Virus record (IMG/VR): IMGVR_UViG_2558860259_000003
Origin: an uncultured virus (IMG/VR IMGVR_UViG_2558860259_000003)
Lineage: Duplodnaviria > Heunggongvirae > Uroviricota > Caudoviricetes
DNA: 64,000 nt
Reading direction: 5' to 3' (one strand)
The notes under the pieces were generated by a model that worked only from the letters and a program-made list of their open reading frames with translations, made no database searches and had not been told where the DNA came from. A program made the translations under genes and the position numbers. Every line of letters begins with the position of its first letter. Positions within the stretch are counted from its first letter, which is position 1. This document shows positions 36,627-47,839 of the stretch, one piece after another.

Positions 36627-37703
36627 GTGAGCGAAGTGAATCTTGATTTAACAGGTAATGAAACTGCGGAAGAACTTGAGGCTATGCTTGAGCGCCTCGG
36701 TGATGTGGAGATTTCTGATATGCCGCCGGTACCAGCAGCACCAGGAACAACCACGACCACCGCGCCAGCGGTAGTAACAACCACTGTTGAACAGACTAAA
36801 ACGGGCGATAAAGAAGCTTCACCGACGCCGGGTGAAACTGTTGAACAGACAACTGCACCGGTAACGACAACCGTTGAGGTTGATGATAAGCCTCTGGGTA
36901 TCCTTGGGAAAGATGGCAAGCACGTTATTCCCTATGCTGTTCTCGAAGCCGCGCGCGCCGAAAGTCGCCGTATTGCTGAGAATAGCCAGCAGACAGTAAG
37001 TGAACTGGAACAGACCAAGCGCCAGTTACAACTGCTGACGCAGCAGGTTAACCAGGCAGGTCTTACCCCCGCAGAATTACCAGAAAAATCACAAATCACT
37101 CCCGAGCAGTTAGCCGCGATTCGCCGCGACTTCCCGGATCTGGCTGGTGTATTTGAAACCATGGCGCAGAAAATCGAGTATCTGCAACAAGTGGCACCAA
37201 GTAATCAGCCAGTACCGGCAGGGCAACAGGATAATCCGGTTGCCGTCGCGTTGAAAGCAACACCAGATCTTGATCAATGGCAGACTGCTGATCCTGATCG
37301 GTTTGAACTAGCTGTACATATTGATGACAAGCTCAAGAACGATCCTGCGTGGAAAGATAAACCCTTAACTGAGCGATTCAGCGAAGTGGTGAAGCGCACT
37401 AAGGCCGCTTACGGTGAGAAGGTTGAAGATTCACAACCTCAACCTGCAACCACTGCACAAACGGCGCAGCCTCCTGCGGTGCAACTCACGGCTGAACAGC
37501 TTCAGAAAATTGCGGATGACAAACTGGCGGCGGCCAAGGCTGCCACTGCTGTTCCCGCTTCTCCGTCGGATATCGGTTCGACAACGGTGCATCAGCCTAC
37601 GTTACTGGAGCAGGCCGTTAGTGCTGATGATCAGCAACTGGCAGCAATGTTTGCAAACATGACTGAGGCGCAGATTGATGCGCTGTTAGACCAAACGATT
37701 TAA
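36627..37703 (+). CDS. Probable scaffolding protein
   Basis: Acidic, low-complexity, coiled; GKDGKHVIPYAVLE; between portal and capsid. Confidence 0.7.
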   Translation: MSEVNLDLTGNETAEELEAMLERLGDVEISDMPPVPAAPGTTTTTAPAVVTTTVEQTKTGDKEASPTPGETVEQTTAPVTTTVEVDDKPLGILGKDGKHVIPYAVLEAARAESRRIAENSQQTVSELEQTKRQLQLLTQQVNQAGLTPAELPEKSQITPEQLAAIRRDFPDLAGVFETMAQKIEYLQQVAPSNQPVPAGQQDNPVAVALKATPDLDQWQTADPDRFELAVHIDDKLKNDPAWKDKPLTERFSEVVKRTKAAYGEKVEDSQPQPATTAQTAQPPAVQLTAEQLQKIADDKLAAAKAATAVPASPSDIGSTTVHQPTLLEQAVSADDQQLAAMFANMTEAQIDALLDQTI

Positions 37704-37767
37704 TCCGACTGGAAACATCACTTACCTATAGCCCGCCGCGTGCGGGCTTTTCTTTTGGGAGTTACCC

Positions 37768-38991
37768 ATGACTACTATTACCTCCGCCCAAGCGAATAAG
37801 TTGATGCAGGTTGCGCTGTTCACATCAGCCAACCGCCACCGCTCGTTCACTAACGTGCTGACTGAGCAACAGGAAGCGCCGAAGGCAGTTAACCCAGATA
37901 AAAAGGGCACCATGCAAACCAGCTTTACAGCACCGGTTGTGCGTATCACGGATTTGCAAAAAACCAAAGGTGATGAAGTGGACTTCCAGATCGTCCACAA
38001 ACTTAGCAAGCGCCCAACCATGGGCGATGAGAAACTGGCAGGCCGTGGTGAAAACCTCGCGTTCGCTGATTTCTCTCTGAAGATCAATCAGGGCCGTCAC
38101 TTGGTCGATGCTGGTGGCAAAATGTCACAGCAGCGTTTCAAGCACAATCTGAACAAGACAGCACGCGTCTTGCTCGGTACTTATTTCAATGATCTGCAAG
38201 ACCAGTGTGCCACCGTTCACTTAGCCGGGGCGCGTGGTGACTTTTTGGCAGATGACACCATTCTGCCACTGGCCAGCCACAGTGAGTTCGGCAAGATCAT
38301 GATCAACGATGTTATGCCGCCGACCTACCAGCGTCACTTTTATGCTGGTGATGCAACCAGCTTTGAGCAATTAGATGCAGCCGATCTGTTCAGTCTCGGC
38401 ACCGTGGATAACATCGCTCTGTTCCTAGACGAGATGGCTCACCCGCTTCAGCCGGTTAAAATGTCAAAGGACGAACTGAAAGACGAAGATCCTTTCTTTG
38501 TTCTGTATGTAACACCACGGCAGTGGAACGACTGGTATACATCGACAGATGGTAAAGACTGGCAGGCTATGATGGTTCGTGCGGTTAACCGTTCTAAGGG
38601 CTTTGATCACCCGCTGTTTAAAGGTGAGTGCGCGATGTGGCGTAACATCCTGGTGCGCAAGTATGGTGGCACGCCAATCCGATTCAATCCTGGATCCACT
38701 GTTGCTGTTTCAAATAACGATTTGACAGCGAGCGTTTCCAATAAGACGGCAGGTACAACCATTGACCGCGCTATGCTGTTGGGCGGCCAAGCACTGGCGA
38801 ACGCTTACGGGTCTGGTGAAGGTGGTGGCCACTTCGGTTATAACGAGGAAAAGGTTGACCACGGCAACGGTACCGAAGTCTCAATCTCTTGGATTAACGG
38901 TCTGCGTAAGATCCGTTTCAAGCAGAAAGATGGCCGCGTGAACGATCATGGCGTGATGGTGGTGGACTCAGCGGTAACTCTGGGCCGTTAA
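37768..38991 (+). CDS. Major capsid protein (N4-gp56/DUF4043-like)
   Basis: PVVRITDLQKTKGDEV, LKINQGRH, HPLFKGECAMWRNILV; followed by terminator at ~39005-39028. Confidence 0.88.
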   Translation: MTTITSAQANKLMQVALFTSANRHRSFTNVLTEQQEAPKAVNPDKKGTMQTSFTAPVVRITDLQKTKGDEVDFQIVHKLSKRPTMGDEKLAGRGENLAFADFSLKINQGRHLVDAGGKMSQQRFKHNLNKTARVLLGTYFNDLQDQCATVHLAGARGDFLADDTILPLASHSEFGKIMINDVMPPTYQRHFYAGDATSFEQLDAADLFSLGTVDNIALFLDEMAHPLQPVKMSKDELKDEDPFFVLYVTPRQWNDWYTSTDGKDWQAMMVRAVNRSKGFDHPLFKGECAMWRNILVRKYGGTPIRFNPGSTVAVSNNDLTASVSNKTAGTTIDRAMLLGGQALANAYGSGEGGGHFGYNEEKVDHGNGTEVSISWINGLRKIRFKQKDGRVNDHGVMVVDSAVTLGR

Positions 38992-39050
38992 TCGTGAATT
39001 TAACAAGCAGGCTTCGGTCTGCTTTTTCTATTTTTGTGGAGTAAACAATT

Positions 39051-39434
39051 ATGGCAACGATTCAAGCGCCATCAATGCGTGAGGCTGTTTATCAGGGGCC
39101 GCAGGGCAACCTATCCATTGCCAATGGGCAGGTCACTCTCGCTGCCGCGGCTGCAGGTGATGTTGTTGAACTGCTGGAAATGCCTATCGGCATGGTCATT
39201 CACTCAATCGAGATTGTCAGTGATGCACTGGGCGCGGGCGTTACTGTCGCGGTGAAATCCGGTGCGACCACGTTAGTTGCGGCGGCCAGCCATGCCACTG
39301 TTGTAGCGAAGGTTGTCCCTATCATGCCTTACAGCACGATCGCCCAAGGCGAGAAGATCACCGCTACGATTGCGGGCGGCAGTGCTACTGGCCGCCTGGT
39401 GGTGAACATCAAGTACGTCGCAACTGGCTACTAA
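39051..39434 (+). CDS. Virion structural protein (decoration-like)
   Basis: Ala/Val/Thr-rich beta-type protein directly after the capsid gene. Confidence 0.65.
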   Translation: MATIQAPSMREAVYQGPQGNLSIANGQVTLAAAAAGDVVELLEMPIGMVIHSIEIVSDALGAGVTVAVKSGATTLVAAASHATVVAKVVPIMPYSTIAQGEKITATIAGGSATGRLVVNIKYVATGY

Positions 39435-39496
39435 TCCGCTTAATACCAACCTCAGTAGGCTCGCCATGTGCGGGCCTATTTTTTGGAGCAAACCTC

Positions 39497-39979
39497 ATGT
39501 CCATTACTATTCCTGTGGTCTACATTGGCCCGAAAGATAAAAAGCGCGATACGATCACCGGCAGTCGCCTGGTATTCCCCCGTAATGAGCCCGTTGATGT
39601 AGAATCAGCGATAGCACATCGCCTGCTTGAGTTCCCCACTGTATTTATCAAGGCAGAGTTACTGGAGTCCGCACTTGAGCAAAAAGACAATGAAGCTGCA
39701 CAGCGTGAAGAAGCGGAACGACTGGAGCAGATTCGATTAGCTCAGAAAGCTGCGATGAACAGCTTTGTGGTCAAGATTGGTAACGATGACATCGATCTGG
39801 CAAAACTGTCAGCGGTGCAACTGGCGACACTTGTAGAAGCGGAAGAGTTACCTGATCTGGTGAAGGGGGCGCAGGAGAAGGTTGATGCGTTCCGCACTCG
39901 CGTTCGCGATGCTATCAACGCCAAACAGGCAGCCGCCGCCACGAAACAGGACGGCGGTACTGAAGGTGGTGCTGAGTAA
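39497..39979 (+). CDS. Conserved phage hypothetical protein
   Basis: VYIGPKDKKRDTITGSRLVFPR; structural-region synteny. Confidence 0.7.
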   Translation: MSITIPVVYIGPKDKKRDTITGSRLVFPRNEPVDVESAIAHRLLEFPTVFIKAELLESALEQKDNEAAQREEAERLEQIRLAQKAAMNSFVVKIGNDDIDLAKLSAVQLATLVEAEELPDLVKGAQEKVDAFRTRVRDAINAKQAAAATKQDGGTEGGAE

Positions 39980-40575
39980 TGGCCTCGCTTGACGTATTTC
40001 TGCCAGCACTCCGGCGGCACATCAACGGGCCGCTGGAGATTATGATGCGGCAGTCTTTGCTGGAGTCGGCCATAACGTTCTGCCGAGAGTCCTTGATAGT
40101 CCGTGACAGCTTGCAAGTTGAAGATGCGATCCCTGGCGCCACGATTGCGTTAACAGAAAGCACGCTAGTGAAATGCGTCAAGCGCCTGAGAGTAATCGAT
40201 CTGACTGGTCAACTCAGTAACCCCGATATCACACCTCTGGTACTGGACGCGGGCGTTGATTTTACCGTCATTTCCGCCAACCATATCGCGTTTACCAAGC
40301 CGCTTGGCCGCGTACATATCGACGTTGCTGTTGAGCCACGGCGGAGCGTATCGGAAGTGCCGGATGTATTGGCTGATGACTATCTTGATGTGGTTGCCGC
40401 TGGCGCACTGAACGATTTGTTCATGATGCCCGGCAAGCCATGGTCAGATCCGCAGCGTGCTGCCTTCTTTAACGCGCAGTTTGTTGAGGGGTATCGCCGG
40501 GCCTACAGGGATGCTCTCGATAACTCTCCTGTCACTTCCTTCCATAATCCAGTCAGAAAGCACGAGTTCTTCTAA
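39979..40575 (+). CDS. Putative head-tail adaptor
   Basis: FLPALRRHI, AITFCRES, MMPGKPWSDP; synteny. Confidence 0.6.
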   Translation: MASLDVFLPALRRHINGPLEIMMRQSLLESAITFCRESLIVRDSLQVEDAIPGATIALTESTLVKCVKRLRVIDLTGQLSNPDITPLVLDAGVDFTVISANHIAFTKPLGRVHIDVAVEPRRSVSEVPDVLADDYLDVVAAGALNDLFMMPGKPWSDPQRAAFFNAQFVEGYRRAYRDALDNSPVTSFHNPVRKHEFF

Positions 40576-41235
40576 ATGCAAAAAATTGCCGAGGTTATCG
40601 GGCGCGTTAACACGCAGCTCGTTGATGTTGCGTGGATGCGCTGGACAAAGGCCGAGTTGCTTGATTACTACAACGACGCGATCCGGGCCGTAATCATTGT
40701 GCGGCCAGATGCTGGTGAGACATCCGAAATACTGACATGTATTGCGGGTACAAAGCAGCAGTTACCGGATGGATCCAACCGGTTACTGGATGTCAGTCGC
40801 GTTGTCGGTGGCCGCGTAGTGCGCCCAGCCCCTCGTGATGTACTGGACTCGCAGTTTCCTGACTGGCATTTCAGTAGTGGAATGATTGAAAACTATTGCT
40901 ACGACGAGCAAACGCCAAAGACATTCTATGTATTCCCTGGTGCGGTGGAGGGCGCGCAGCTTGATGCCGTTATTTCTCGCGTTCCTGTTCCGGCCACCAT
41001 CAGCCAGGTGGAAAGTGGCGAATTGGTCCCTCTGGACGAGCTCTATACCAACCCGATCATTGAGTGGATGCTGTATCGCTGTTTCAGCAAAGACTCGCAA
41101 AACGGTGCTGTAAACAACCAACTGGCGCAGCAACACTACCAAGCATTTAACGATCAGCTCGGCATAAAAACGCAGGCAGATATGGCTTTAGGAAACAGAA
41201 AGCGCGAGCAATATAATGGGAGTAACCAAGTATGA
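40576..41235 (+). CDS. Putative head-tail adaptor/tail tubular protein (DUF6682-like)
   Basis: RWTKAELLDYYNDA..RPDA, GTKQQLP, WMLYRCFSKD. Confidence 0.65.
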   Translation: MQKIAEVIGRVNTQLVDVAWMRWTKAELLDYYNDAIRAVIIVRPDAGETSEILTCIAGTKQQLPDGSNRLLDVSRVVGGRVVRPAPRDVLDSQFPDWHFSSGMIENYCYDEQTPKTFYVFPGAVEGAQLDAVISRVPVPATISQVESGELVPLDELYTNPIIEWMLYRCFSKDSQNGAVNNQLAQQHYQAFNDQLGIKTQADMALGNRKREQYNGSNQV

Positions 41236-44200
41236 GCATTCTCGTTGATGGCATTTTAAAATCGTCAGCTGGAAATGTGATCGGTAATGCTGACATTGTG
41301 CTCACTGCGATTTCTACAAGCCTGGTTGTATTGGGCGGAACGCCATTATCAATTAAAACAGACGCAGACGGGCATTACTCGTTTACGTTGCATAATGGCA
41401 ACTATGCCGTATCCGTGTCAAAGGAGGGTAACAACTGGTTCTCTGGCATGATCGGGGTCACGGACTTGACGATACCAAAGTCAATCAACGCTCTCCTACT
41501 GCAAGACGCCATGATGGCAGAGATACCTGCTGATTACTGGAGTTATTTTCAAGCACAGGCGGGGATACTATTTACCAGCTTCAGTAAAATTGATGATGCA
41601 GTGCAATCGACCGAACTTGCGAAAGAATCAACCGCTAATGATGCCGAAATAGCATCTTTGGCAAAAGCTGATGCCGCCATTAATGCTGGCATTGCATTGA
41701 CAGCAGCACAGAATGCCGCAATTACAGCCAACATTTATCCTACACTTGCTGATGCGCAGACCGCTATCACGTCAGGTAATATCCCAAGCGGTAGATTTTT
41801 CTTTATTCGCTCAATATCTGACAATTCGATCGCAGATGAGTACCAAAATGCATCCGGTATTGCAGTGGCGACGGGGAGGGTATTTCCGGCTGAGAGCTAT
41901 TTCAGAGACGCAATAGCTCCAGTTAGATTGCAGAATCAATACCCCGATTCTGGTTTTGCCGCTGGTGTTGTTCCGAGTTCGCGCTATTCCGCCACGCTGA
42001 CACCGATATCAAATGAATATTTAAACGAACTTGGTGTTATTAACGGTATTTACAGTTCGGGCCGTACATCTACTCATGTTCTAGTGCCAATTCCGGCGAG
42101 CTGGCTCGGACGTTACGTTATTATGAGTTGTTTTTTTTACAACTCTGAATTAATCACGCCAGTTGTCGGCACATATCATCAATACATAACGACCGGAACA
42201 AATATAATTAGCGATGGGTTAGTCAATAGTGTTGAGCGATTATCTGACAATATTTTGCGCGTAGTGTCGTCAGGGAGAATACCGACAGGCAGCGGAGTGA
42301 CAGCACTAGCAATAGGGGCGGGTGGGTTTGGGACTGGCGGCGAAACTAAATTAATTTGTGCACCAACGTTTGCATTATCTGATGCGCCGATTTTACTCGA
42401 AACATTTGAGTGGGATGTTTTAGATTCTATTCGAGCCGAAAGAATGAATACTATATCAGCAGATGTTTTGAGTGGCAGTGAGCGCATAAATACGCTCGAA
42501 ACAAAAACTGAGGGGTTGCCGACAAGTTTTATCCGCAACTTTGAAACTAACGGCGCGATGGAAATGCAAACAGCATGGACATATTACGGCTCCGGCGTTT
42601 TCGAATCCGTGTCTCATATACATGAGTTGTCTGATATCGGCATTGCAGGCGGATTTAGAGTCACGCCGCCCTCGGGCGGAAATACAGCATCACGATTTGA
42701 CAGCAACGCAGCAACAATATCAGTTGTCGCAAATGCCGCGCCGGGTGAAAAGTTGCTCGTCGGCACAGTTGTTTATGCCAGCGACGGCGCTACATTCCCA
42801 AATCTAACCAGTTCTGCGGGATTTACAATAACGCAGGACGGAATATTAACGGGCGCAAATAGCTGGGGGCATGTTCAAATCAACGCAAAAACTCGTTTCT
42901 ATTTTGCCGTTTTTAATGCAATAGCGGCGGAAATTACGAGGTTAACAATCGGGTTTACTGCGAGCAATTCATATTTCCCTGATTCGCCAGCCGTTAGATA
43001 TCACACCGGCATTTTTGTGCATCATGCTACTGATATTCGCCTACCGACAGAGTCAACTATTCAGTCATATTTGGGTTGGGATGGTCAGGGTTCAAACGCT
43101 GAGTTTTTCCAGCAGCTACAGGATTTATTAGACGCCAGCACTGATGCAATATCCCCTGTTTTACGTCTCGGTGGGGATGGGTTAGCGGAAAGCTACGTCG
43201 AAGTATTTCGTGAGGGCAGAAAAGTCCGTCGCTCATTTACTCCGTTCCCCGCTGAGTCATTAACAACGCCAAACGTTTTCAATTTCCGCAGCGACTATAT
43301 CGATAATGTGCAAATTCGGCAGATGACAGATGATGTTGCGCCGTACCGTGCGTTGGGTACGACAATCGGCGCAAACCATGGGTTTTCAATGACAAAAATA
43401 ACAGCGACGGCGCATGGGAAAACAACAGCAGATATCGGGAGTATTTATTCTAACGGCGGCATGCAATATGTGCTTGTCGGTATTGACACTGTTAATGCTG
43501 TATATCTGACGAGTCGCACTGATAATTCAGCGGTTCCCGTTGGGGTATTAACTCGCGTATCTGGCGGCGTGTCTACAGCAAATATTGTCGGCACGGCTGC
43601 AACGACTACGCAAATGTATCCGCCGATTAAAAATCGGGAAATATCATGCCAAATTGACGGCGTAACCGTTACAGATAAAACCGGATTTTTTTCATATCGC
43701 GACTCCGTTGTTTTTTCGGAGTCGTATGAAATCATGGATAAAGCCAGCATTGTGGCGTGGTATGAAAATTACGGCGCGAGTGGCGTAATCACGCCGGATG
43801 GCGATGCCGCAATTCACGTATCAATTTCATACGCGTTCGACCGTGACGCTCACTGCACTATTTACACAGATTTTCTGACGCTCAAAGACGGTGTGCCGCT
43901 ACAGGACATAATGTTTCTGCAAGCTGTTCGCGGCTCAGCTAATGATGGCGCTGTGAAGTATTACATTCCAAAAGCATTGCCATTCACCCAGTTTGGCCTG
44001 AATTTTGATTTTGCGAATATCGGCTCATCTAGCACAGTGGGATGGACTGATAGAGTTAATCTAACGCCAGCACGTTGTGAGCCGACAGGCATCCTTGCCG
44101 ATAGACTGATTCAATTGTCAGACCGATTTGGGTTTGCGATGGGGTATTTACCGGTGGGCTCAACATCGCTCAGTGTGCGCAGGACGAATGCAACAGTAAA

Positions 44201-44561
44201 AGCGATGCAGATTAGCAACAACGGTACAAAAGTGTACCTCTCCGCTATCGATAACGGCACTCGGGCGCTAGCAGCCGGGCAGTATTACAGCACTGTTGGA
44301 TACCGCAATCTGCTGATTAACTCGTCTGCACGGACAGCTCATTACGCAGTGCGAACTAACGGAGCTGATTATCTCTATGTAGACTGGCACGCGCATGGAA
44401 TAGATAGGGTTCCGGTTCCGCCGGATTATGCAGGGCGCTCGTTCGAAATCGTCGAAAAATCAGATAACGTTGCAGTGCTGTCAGAGTCGTTGACGAACAC
44501 AATTGTCGTCAATGTGAGTGACTCAAAAAGTTACGGTTATTTAATTCTCAGGATAAATTGA
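41232..44561 (+). CDS. Tail fibre/tailspike receptor-binding protein
   Basis: Prophage tail-fibre N-terminal domain (MSILVDGILK..TDADGHYSFTL..G.YAV), Ala-rich coil, long beta-rich body. Confidence 0.78.
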   Translation: MSILVDGILKSSAGNVIGNADIVLTAISTSLVVLGGTPLSIKTDADGHYSFTLHNGNYAVSVSKEGNNWFSGMIGVTDLTIPKSINALLLQDAMMAEIPADYWSYFQAQAGILFTSFSKIDDAVQSTELAKESTANDAEIASLAKADAAINAGIALTAAQNAAITANIYPTLADAQTAITSGNIPSGRFFFIRSISDNSIADEYQNASGIAVATGRVFPAESYFRDAIAPVRLQNQYPDSGFAAGVVPSSRYSATLTPISNEYLNELGVINGIYSSGRTSTHVLVPIPASWLGRYVIMSCFFYNSELITPVVGTYHQYITTGTNIISDGLVNSVERLSDNILRVVSSGRIPTGSGVTALAIGAGGFGTGGETKLICAPTFALSDAPILLETFEWDVLDSIRAERMNTISADVLSGSERINTLETKTEGLPTSFIRNFETNGAMEMQTAWTYYGSGVFESVSHIHELSDIGIAGGFRVTPPSGGNTASRFDSNAATISVVANAAPGEKLLVGTVVYASDGATFPNLTSSAGFTITQDGILTGANSWGHVQINAKTRFYFAVFNAIAAEITRLTIGFTASNSYFPDSPAVRYHTGIFVHHATDIRLPTESTIQSYLGWDGQGSNAEFFQQLQDLLDASTDAISPVLRLGGDGLAESYVEVFREGRKVRRSFTPFPAESLTTPNVFNFRSDYIDNVQIRQMTDDVAPYRALGTTIGANHGFSMTKITATAHGKTTADIGSIYSNGGMQYVLVGIDTVNAVYLTSRTDNSAVPVGVLTRVSGGVSTANIVGTAATTTQMYPPIKNREISCQIDGVTVTDKTGFFSYRDSVVFSESYEIMDKASIVAWYENYGASGVITPDGDAAIHVSISYAFDRDAHCTIYTDFLTLKDGVPLQDIMFLQAVRGSANDGAVKYYIPKALPFTQFGLNFDFANIGSSSTVGWTDRVNLTPARCEPTGILADRLIQLSDRFGFAMGYLPVGSTSLSVRRTNATVKAMQISNNGTKVYLSAIDNGTRALAAGQYYSTVGYRNLLINSSARTAHYAVRTNGADYLYVDWHAHGIDRVPVPPDYAGRSFEIVEKSDNVAVLSESLTNTIVVNVSDSKSYGYLILRIN

Positions 44562-44568
44562 GCTAACA

Positions 44569-46194
44569 ATGCCAAGCATCGATATCACAACTATGAGCGG
44601 TGAGATACAGCGCATGGTAGCGCATCTGCTGCCTGAGTCTGCTGCAACCCTCGCTCGCGACTGTCATTTTCGCCATGGCGTTATCACACCGAACACGACA
44701 GATGCAAAGCAGGCGAAAGCATTCTCTTTCACACCAGGAACTATCTTCAATTATCACGATGATGTGTGGTTCGCATGGAACGGCATTGTTGATGCCATAC
44801 GTAGCCCGGTGGCGAATGATGACTATGAGCGCGTTTACTTCACCGACGGCTCTTACCCAAAGGTCACAAGCAACCGCATAGCGACGCAAGATAACGGCAA
44901 TTTTCCTGCCGCATATTTTCGCCTAGGCGTGCCAGCGCCGGAGAATCCAATAGTCATAGGTGGCGTAACACCGCCTGCCGATCCGGGTGAAGATGATCCA
45001 ACGGATGACGAAACCCGTTTCTATGTGGAAACTTATGTTACGGCATATGGCGAAGAGGGGCCGCCCGGCCCCGCATCAGCAGAGATCACCATTGTTTACC
45101 CTGGCAGCACGGTAACACTCCACCTTCAGCCGCCCGGCACCCAGAACAGCAATATCAACCGTCGGCGGATTTATCGATCTGCAACCAGTGATAGCACTGC
45201 TGATTTTCTGCTGGTGGCTGAGTTAGGCATCGCCATCGGTATTTTTGAGGACAATCTGGCCGGATCGCAACTTAGCGCCGTACTGGAAACCTATGATTTT
45301 ATGATGCCGCCTGATGGCATGATCGGGTTATGTACTATGTCTAACGGTATCTGCGCCGGCTTTGAAGGCGATGAGGTTATGTTCTCTGAAGCCTATCTCC
45401 CGTATGCCTGGAAGCCCGCGAACCGGCAGACGACGAAAAACAAGATTGTGGCCATAGCCCCGATCGGTACATCCCTTATTGTGGGAACCGAGGGCGATCC
45501 GTATCTGTTCAGCGGCATCACACCGTCGAATATCAGTAACTCAGAGCCAAATATCACGCTGGCATGCGTATCCAGGCAGTCAATGGTCGCGATGGACGGC
45601 TTTGCTATCTACGCCTCGCCAAACGGGATTGTTACGATCGATGCATCAGGCAATGCGATGGTGGCCACGGAAAAAATCATTGAACAACGGCAGTGGCGAA
45701 GGCTGTATAACCCGACAACAATCCGCGCCTGGCGCGTGGAAAACGAATATCTGGCACTGTATGACACGCCAGCCGGTACCGAAGGCTTTATCTTCAATCC
45801 GCAGGCTATGGATATCCGCCACCTGTCGAATCACTTTGATGCGGGCTACAACGATAAAAAGAGCGATACGCTTTATATCGTCAAAGGCAAGCAACTGTAT
45901 ACGCTCTATGGCGGTGAAATGCCGATCAGTATGCGCTGGCGCTCCAAACAATTCCTTGCGCCATACGACACCTCATTTTCTTGCCTGCGTGTGATGAGCG
46001 ATCAACTGTTCTTCGTTGGGATCAACATCATTGTTGACGGTAGAGTGGCAATTACTTTGGCTCCTGGTTCAATGCGGGATAGCATGATCAAGTTACCGGC
46101 CATCACTGGCAGAAAATGGATGTTGGAAACGTGGGGGCGCGGCCAAGTTGACCGTATAACACTATCGACATCAATGCAGGAGATGCCAGCATGA
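44569..46194 (+). CDS. Tail (nozzle/stabilisation-like) protein
   Basis: 541 aa; TRFYVETYVTAYGEEGPPGP, FSEAYLPYAW; synteny. Confidence 0.7.
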   Translation: MPSIDITTMSGEIQRMVAHLLPESAATLARDCHFRHGVITPNTTDAKQAKAFSFTPGTIFNYHDDVWFAWNGIVDAIRSPVANDDYERVYFTDGSYPKVTSNRIATQDNGNFPAAYFRLGVPAPENPIVIGGVTPPADPGEDDPTDDETRFYVETYVTAYGEEGPPGPASAEITIVYPGSTVTLHLQPPGTQNSNINRRRIYRSATSDSTADFLLVAELGIAIGIFEDNLAGSQLSAVLETYDFMMPPDGMIGLCTMSNGICAGFEGDEVMFSEAYLPYAWKPANRQTTKNKIVAIAPIGTSLIVGTEGDPYLFSGITPSNISNSEPNITLACVSRQSMVAMDGFAIYASPNGIVTIDASGNAMVATEKIIEQRQWRRLYNPTTIRAWRVENEYLALYDTPAGTEGFIFNPQAMDIRHLSNHFDAGYNDKKSDTLYIVKGKQLYTLYGGEMPISMRWRSKQFLAPYDTSFSCLRVMSDQLFFVGINIIVDGRVAITLAPGSMRDSMIKLPAITGRKWMLETWGRGQVDRITLSTSMQEMPA

Positions 46195-47461
46195 GTAAAG
46201 GACGGTATCGCTCAGGCACTGATTTATCTACGGTCGCTGAAAACATCCAAACCCTGACCGGCCAGCGCGGTAATGGGCTTGATCGTGCTGTTACTGTTCG
46301 TGAACTCGCTGATCTGGGGTTGGCATCAAAGCGCGTGGTCAGCAATGGTCAGGTGTCATTAGTGCCGGGGATCACTCCACCGACTGGATGGGGTGGGTCG
46401 GGGGCCAATAAGCCAGCGCAATTTCCTATCAGGCCAACCGGCTTCACTGCCTATGGTGCGTTCTCATTCATTGCGCTGGTATGGGACATGCCAAAGTATA
46501 GCGGCCATTCACTCACTGAGATTTATCGCAGTAGCGACGATAATCTGGCTAATGCGGTGCTTGTGGGTACTGAGGCGGCTGGGTTTATAGCGATCCTCAG
46601 AATACTGGACAGCCAGGGGTGTATTATTGGATCCGTCATATCAATGCAAACGGCGTTCCAGGGCCATTTAATGATACGAATGGCACATTTGCGCAGACTG
46701 ATCCAAATGCAGCGCAAAACCTGATAGCTGATCGAGTAGTTACTGGGATCGAAATTATCACACCATTGCTCCGCTCCGCACGGATTGAAAATGGGCTCTT
46801 CACGGTTGATGAAAACGGCAACATGGTGGCGACCAATGCCAGCATGAACTTTATGACTGCTAATGGTGGATGGTTTTACGATATCTATGCTGAGAGAGCG
46901 ACGTTCCGGAATGTCCTGATCACTGAGGACAGTGATGTTCGCGGTACCATCTATGCAAATAAGTTGGTAGGTGATGTATATAACGCACAAAGTGGCGGAT
47001 TAAGCTTGCCACCCGTTCCGGATCTAGCAGGATATGGAGGGTATTCATGGAGCAGTATCGCCGGGGATCATGTACTACTTTATATTGTTGGCGAAGATTT
47101 TGATCGCGTAATGGACAGTAATTTATTTGTGAATGCGATGAGTTTTAATAGGAATCACTTCAGAATTATTCTTCGCAGCCCTGGTGTGGAGGATATTCAG
47201 CTGGCATACCATGATACGGGTAACGGTGGTGGGAATGGGCCGATGAATAAAAAGCTACAAGGTATTTTTTTACCGGCGATAGGAAGAGATAAAACACACC
47301 AGTTGATCATGAATATTGAAATTGGTTGGCAAAGTAGTGTCTATATGCATCCAGAAATATTGAATAATCTTCAAAACTCAACTGGTGGAATAGAATATGC
47401 TATTCCATTTATTGGGATTTATAAATCAGGTCGGGTGCTGGCAACAAGTGGGCCGCTATAA
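46191..47461 (+). pseudogene. Tail/host-specificity protein split by a 1-nt deletion near 46584
   Basis: VGTEAAGF joins YSDPQNTGQPGVYYWIRHINANG..GPFN if one base is added; span 1271 = 3n+2. Confidence 0.7.
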
Positions 47462-47832
47462 TGATTAAGACTCTTGATAAAATGATTATCAGAACTGCGG
47501 CAATCTCAAAAGACAAACAGCTATTAGAGAAAATCCAAAACGCCTGCCGGGAAAAGCAGGCGTTTTGCTTTGGCTCAGATGATGCTCGAATTGTGTTGAA
47601 ACCGCGATCACGTGACGGCATTCCCTACGTAGTTGTCTGGCTTGGGGTGAGTATCAGTAGGGATGGACTGGAGCGCTACACGCCTAAGGTGCAAGAGCTA
47701 ACGCGGATGATTGGTGGCCGCTGGGCAGAGTTCTATACAGTGAGGAAAGGTTTTATCAGGAAAGCGAGGCAGCTAGGCTTTGAGCGGTTGCCTGATGAAG
47801 ATGGTTTAATGAAGTTCCGGATCCCGGTGTGA
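47461..47832 (+). CDS. Hypothetical protein (possible GNAT-like fold)
   Basis: 123 aa preceding ejection proteins; ARQLGFE. Confidence 0.55.
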   Translation: MIKTLDKMIIRTAAISKDKQLLEKIQNACREKQAFCFGSDDARIVLKPRSRDGIPYVVVWLGVSISRDGLERYTPKVQELTRMIGGRWAEFYTVRKGFIRKARQLGFERLPDEDGLMKFRIPV

Positions 47833-47839
47833 GGTGAAT

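Noticed and set aside
41232..47461. Diversity-generating retroelement or invertible tail-fibre cassette
   Set aside because: No reverse transcriptase, invertase, TR/VR pair or inverted crossover sites seen
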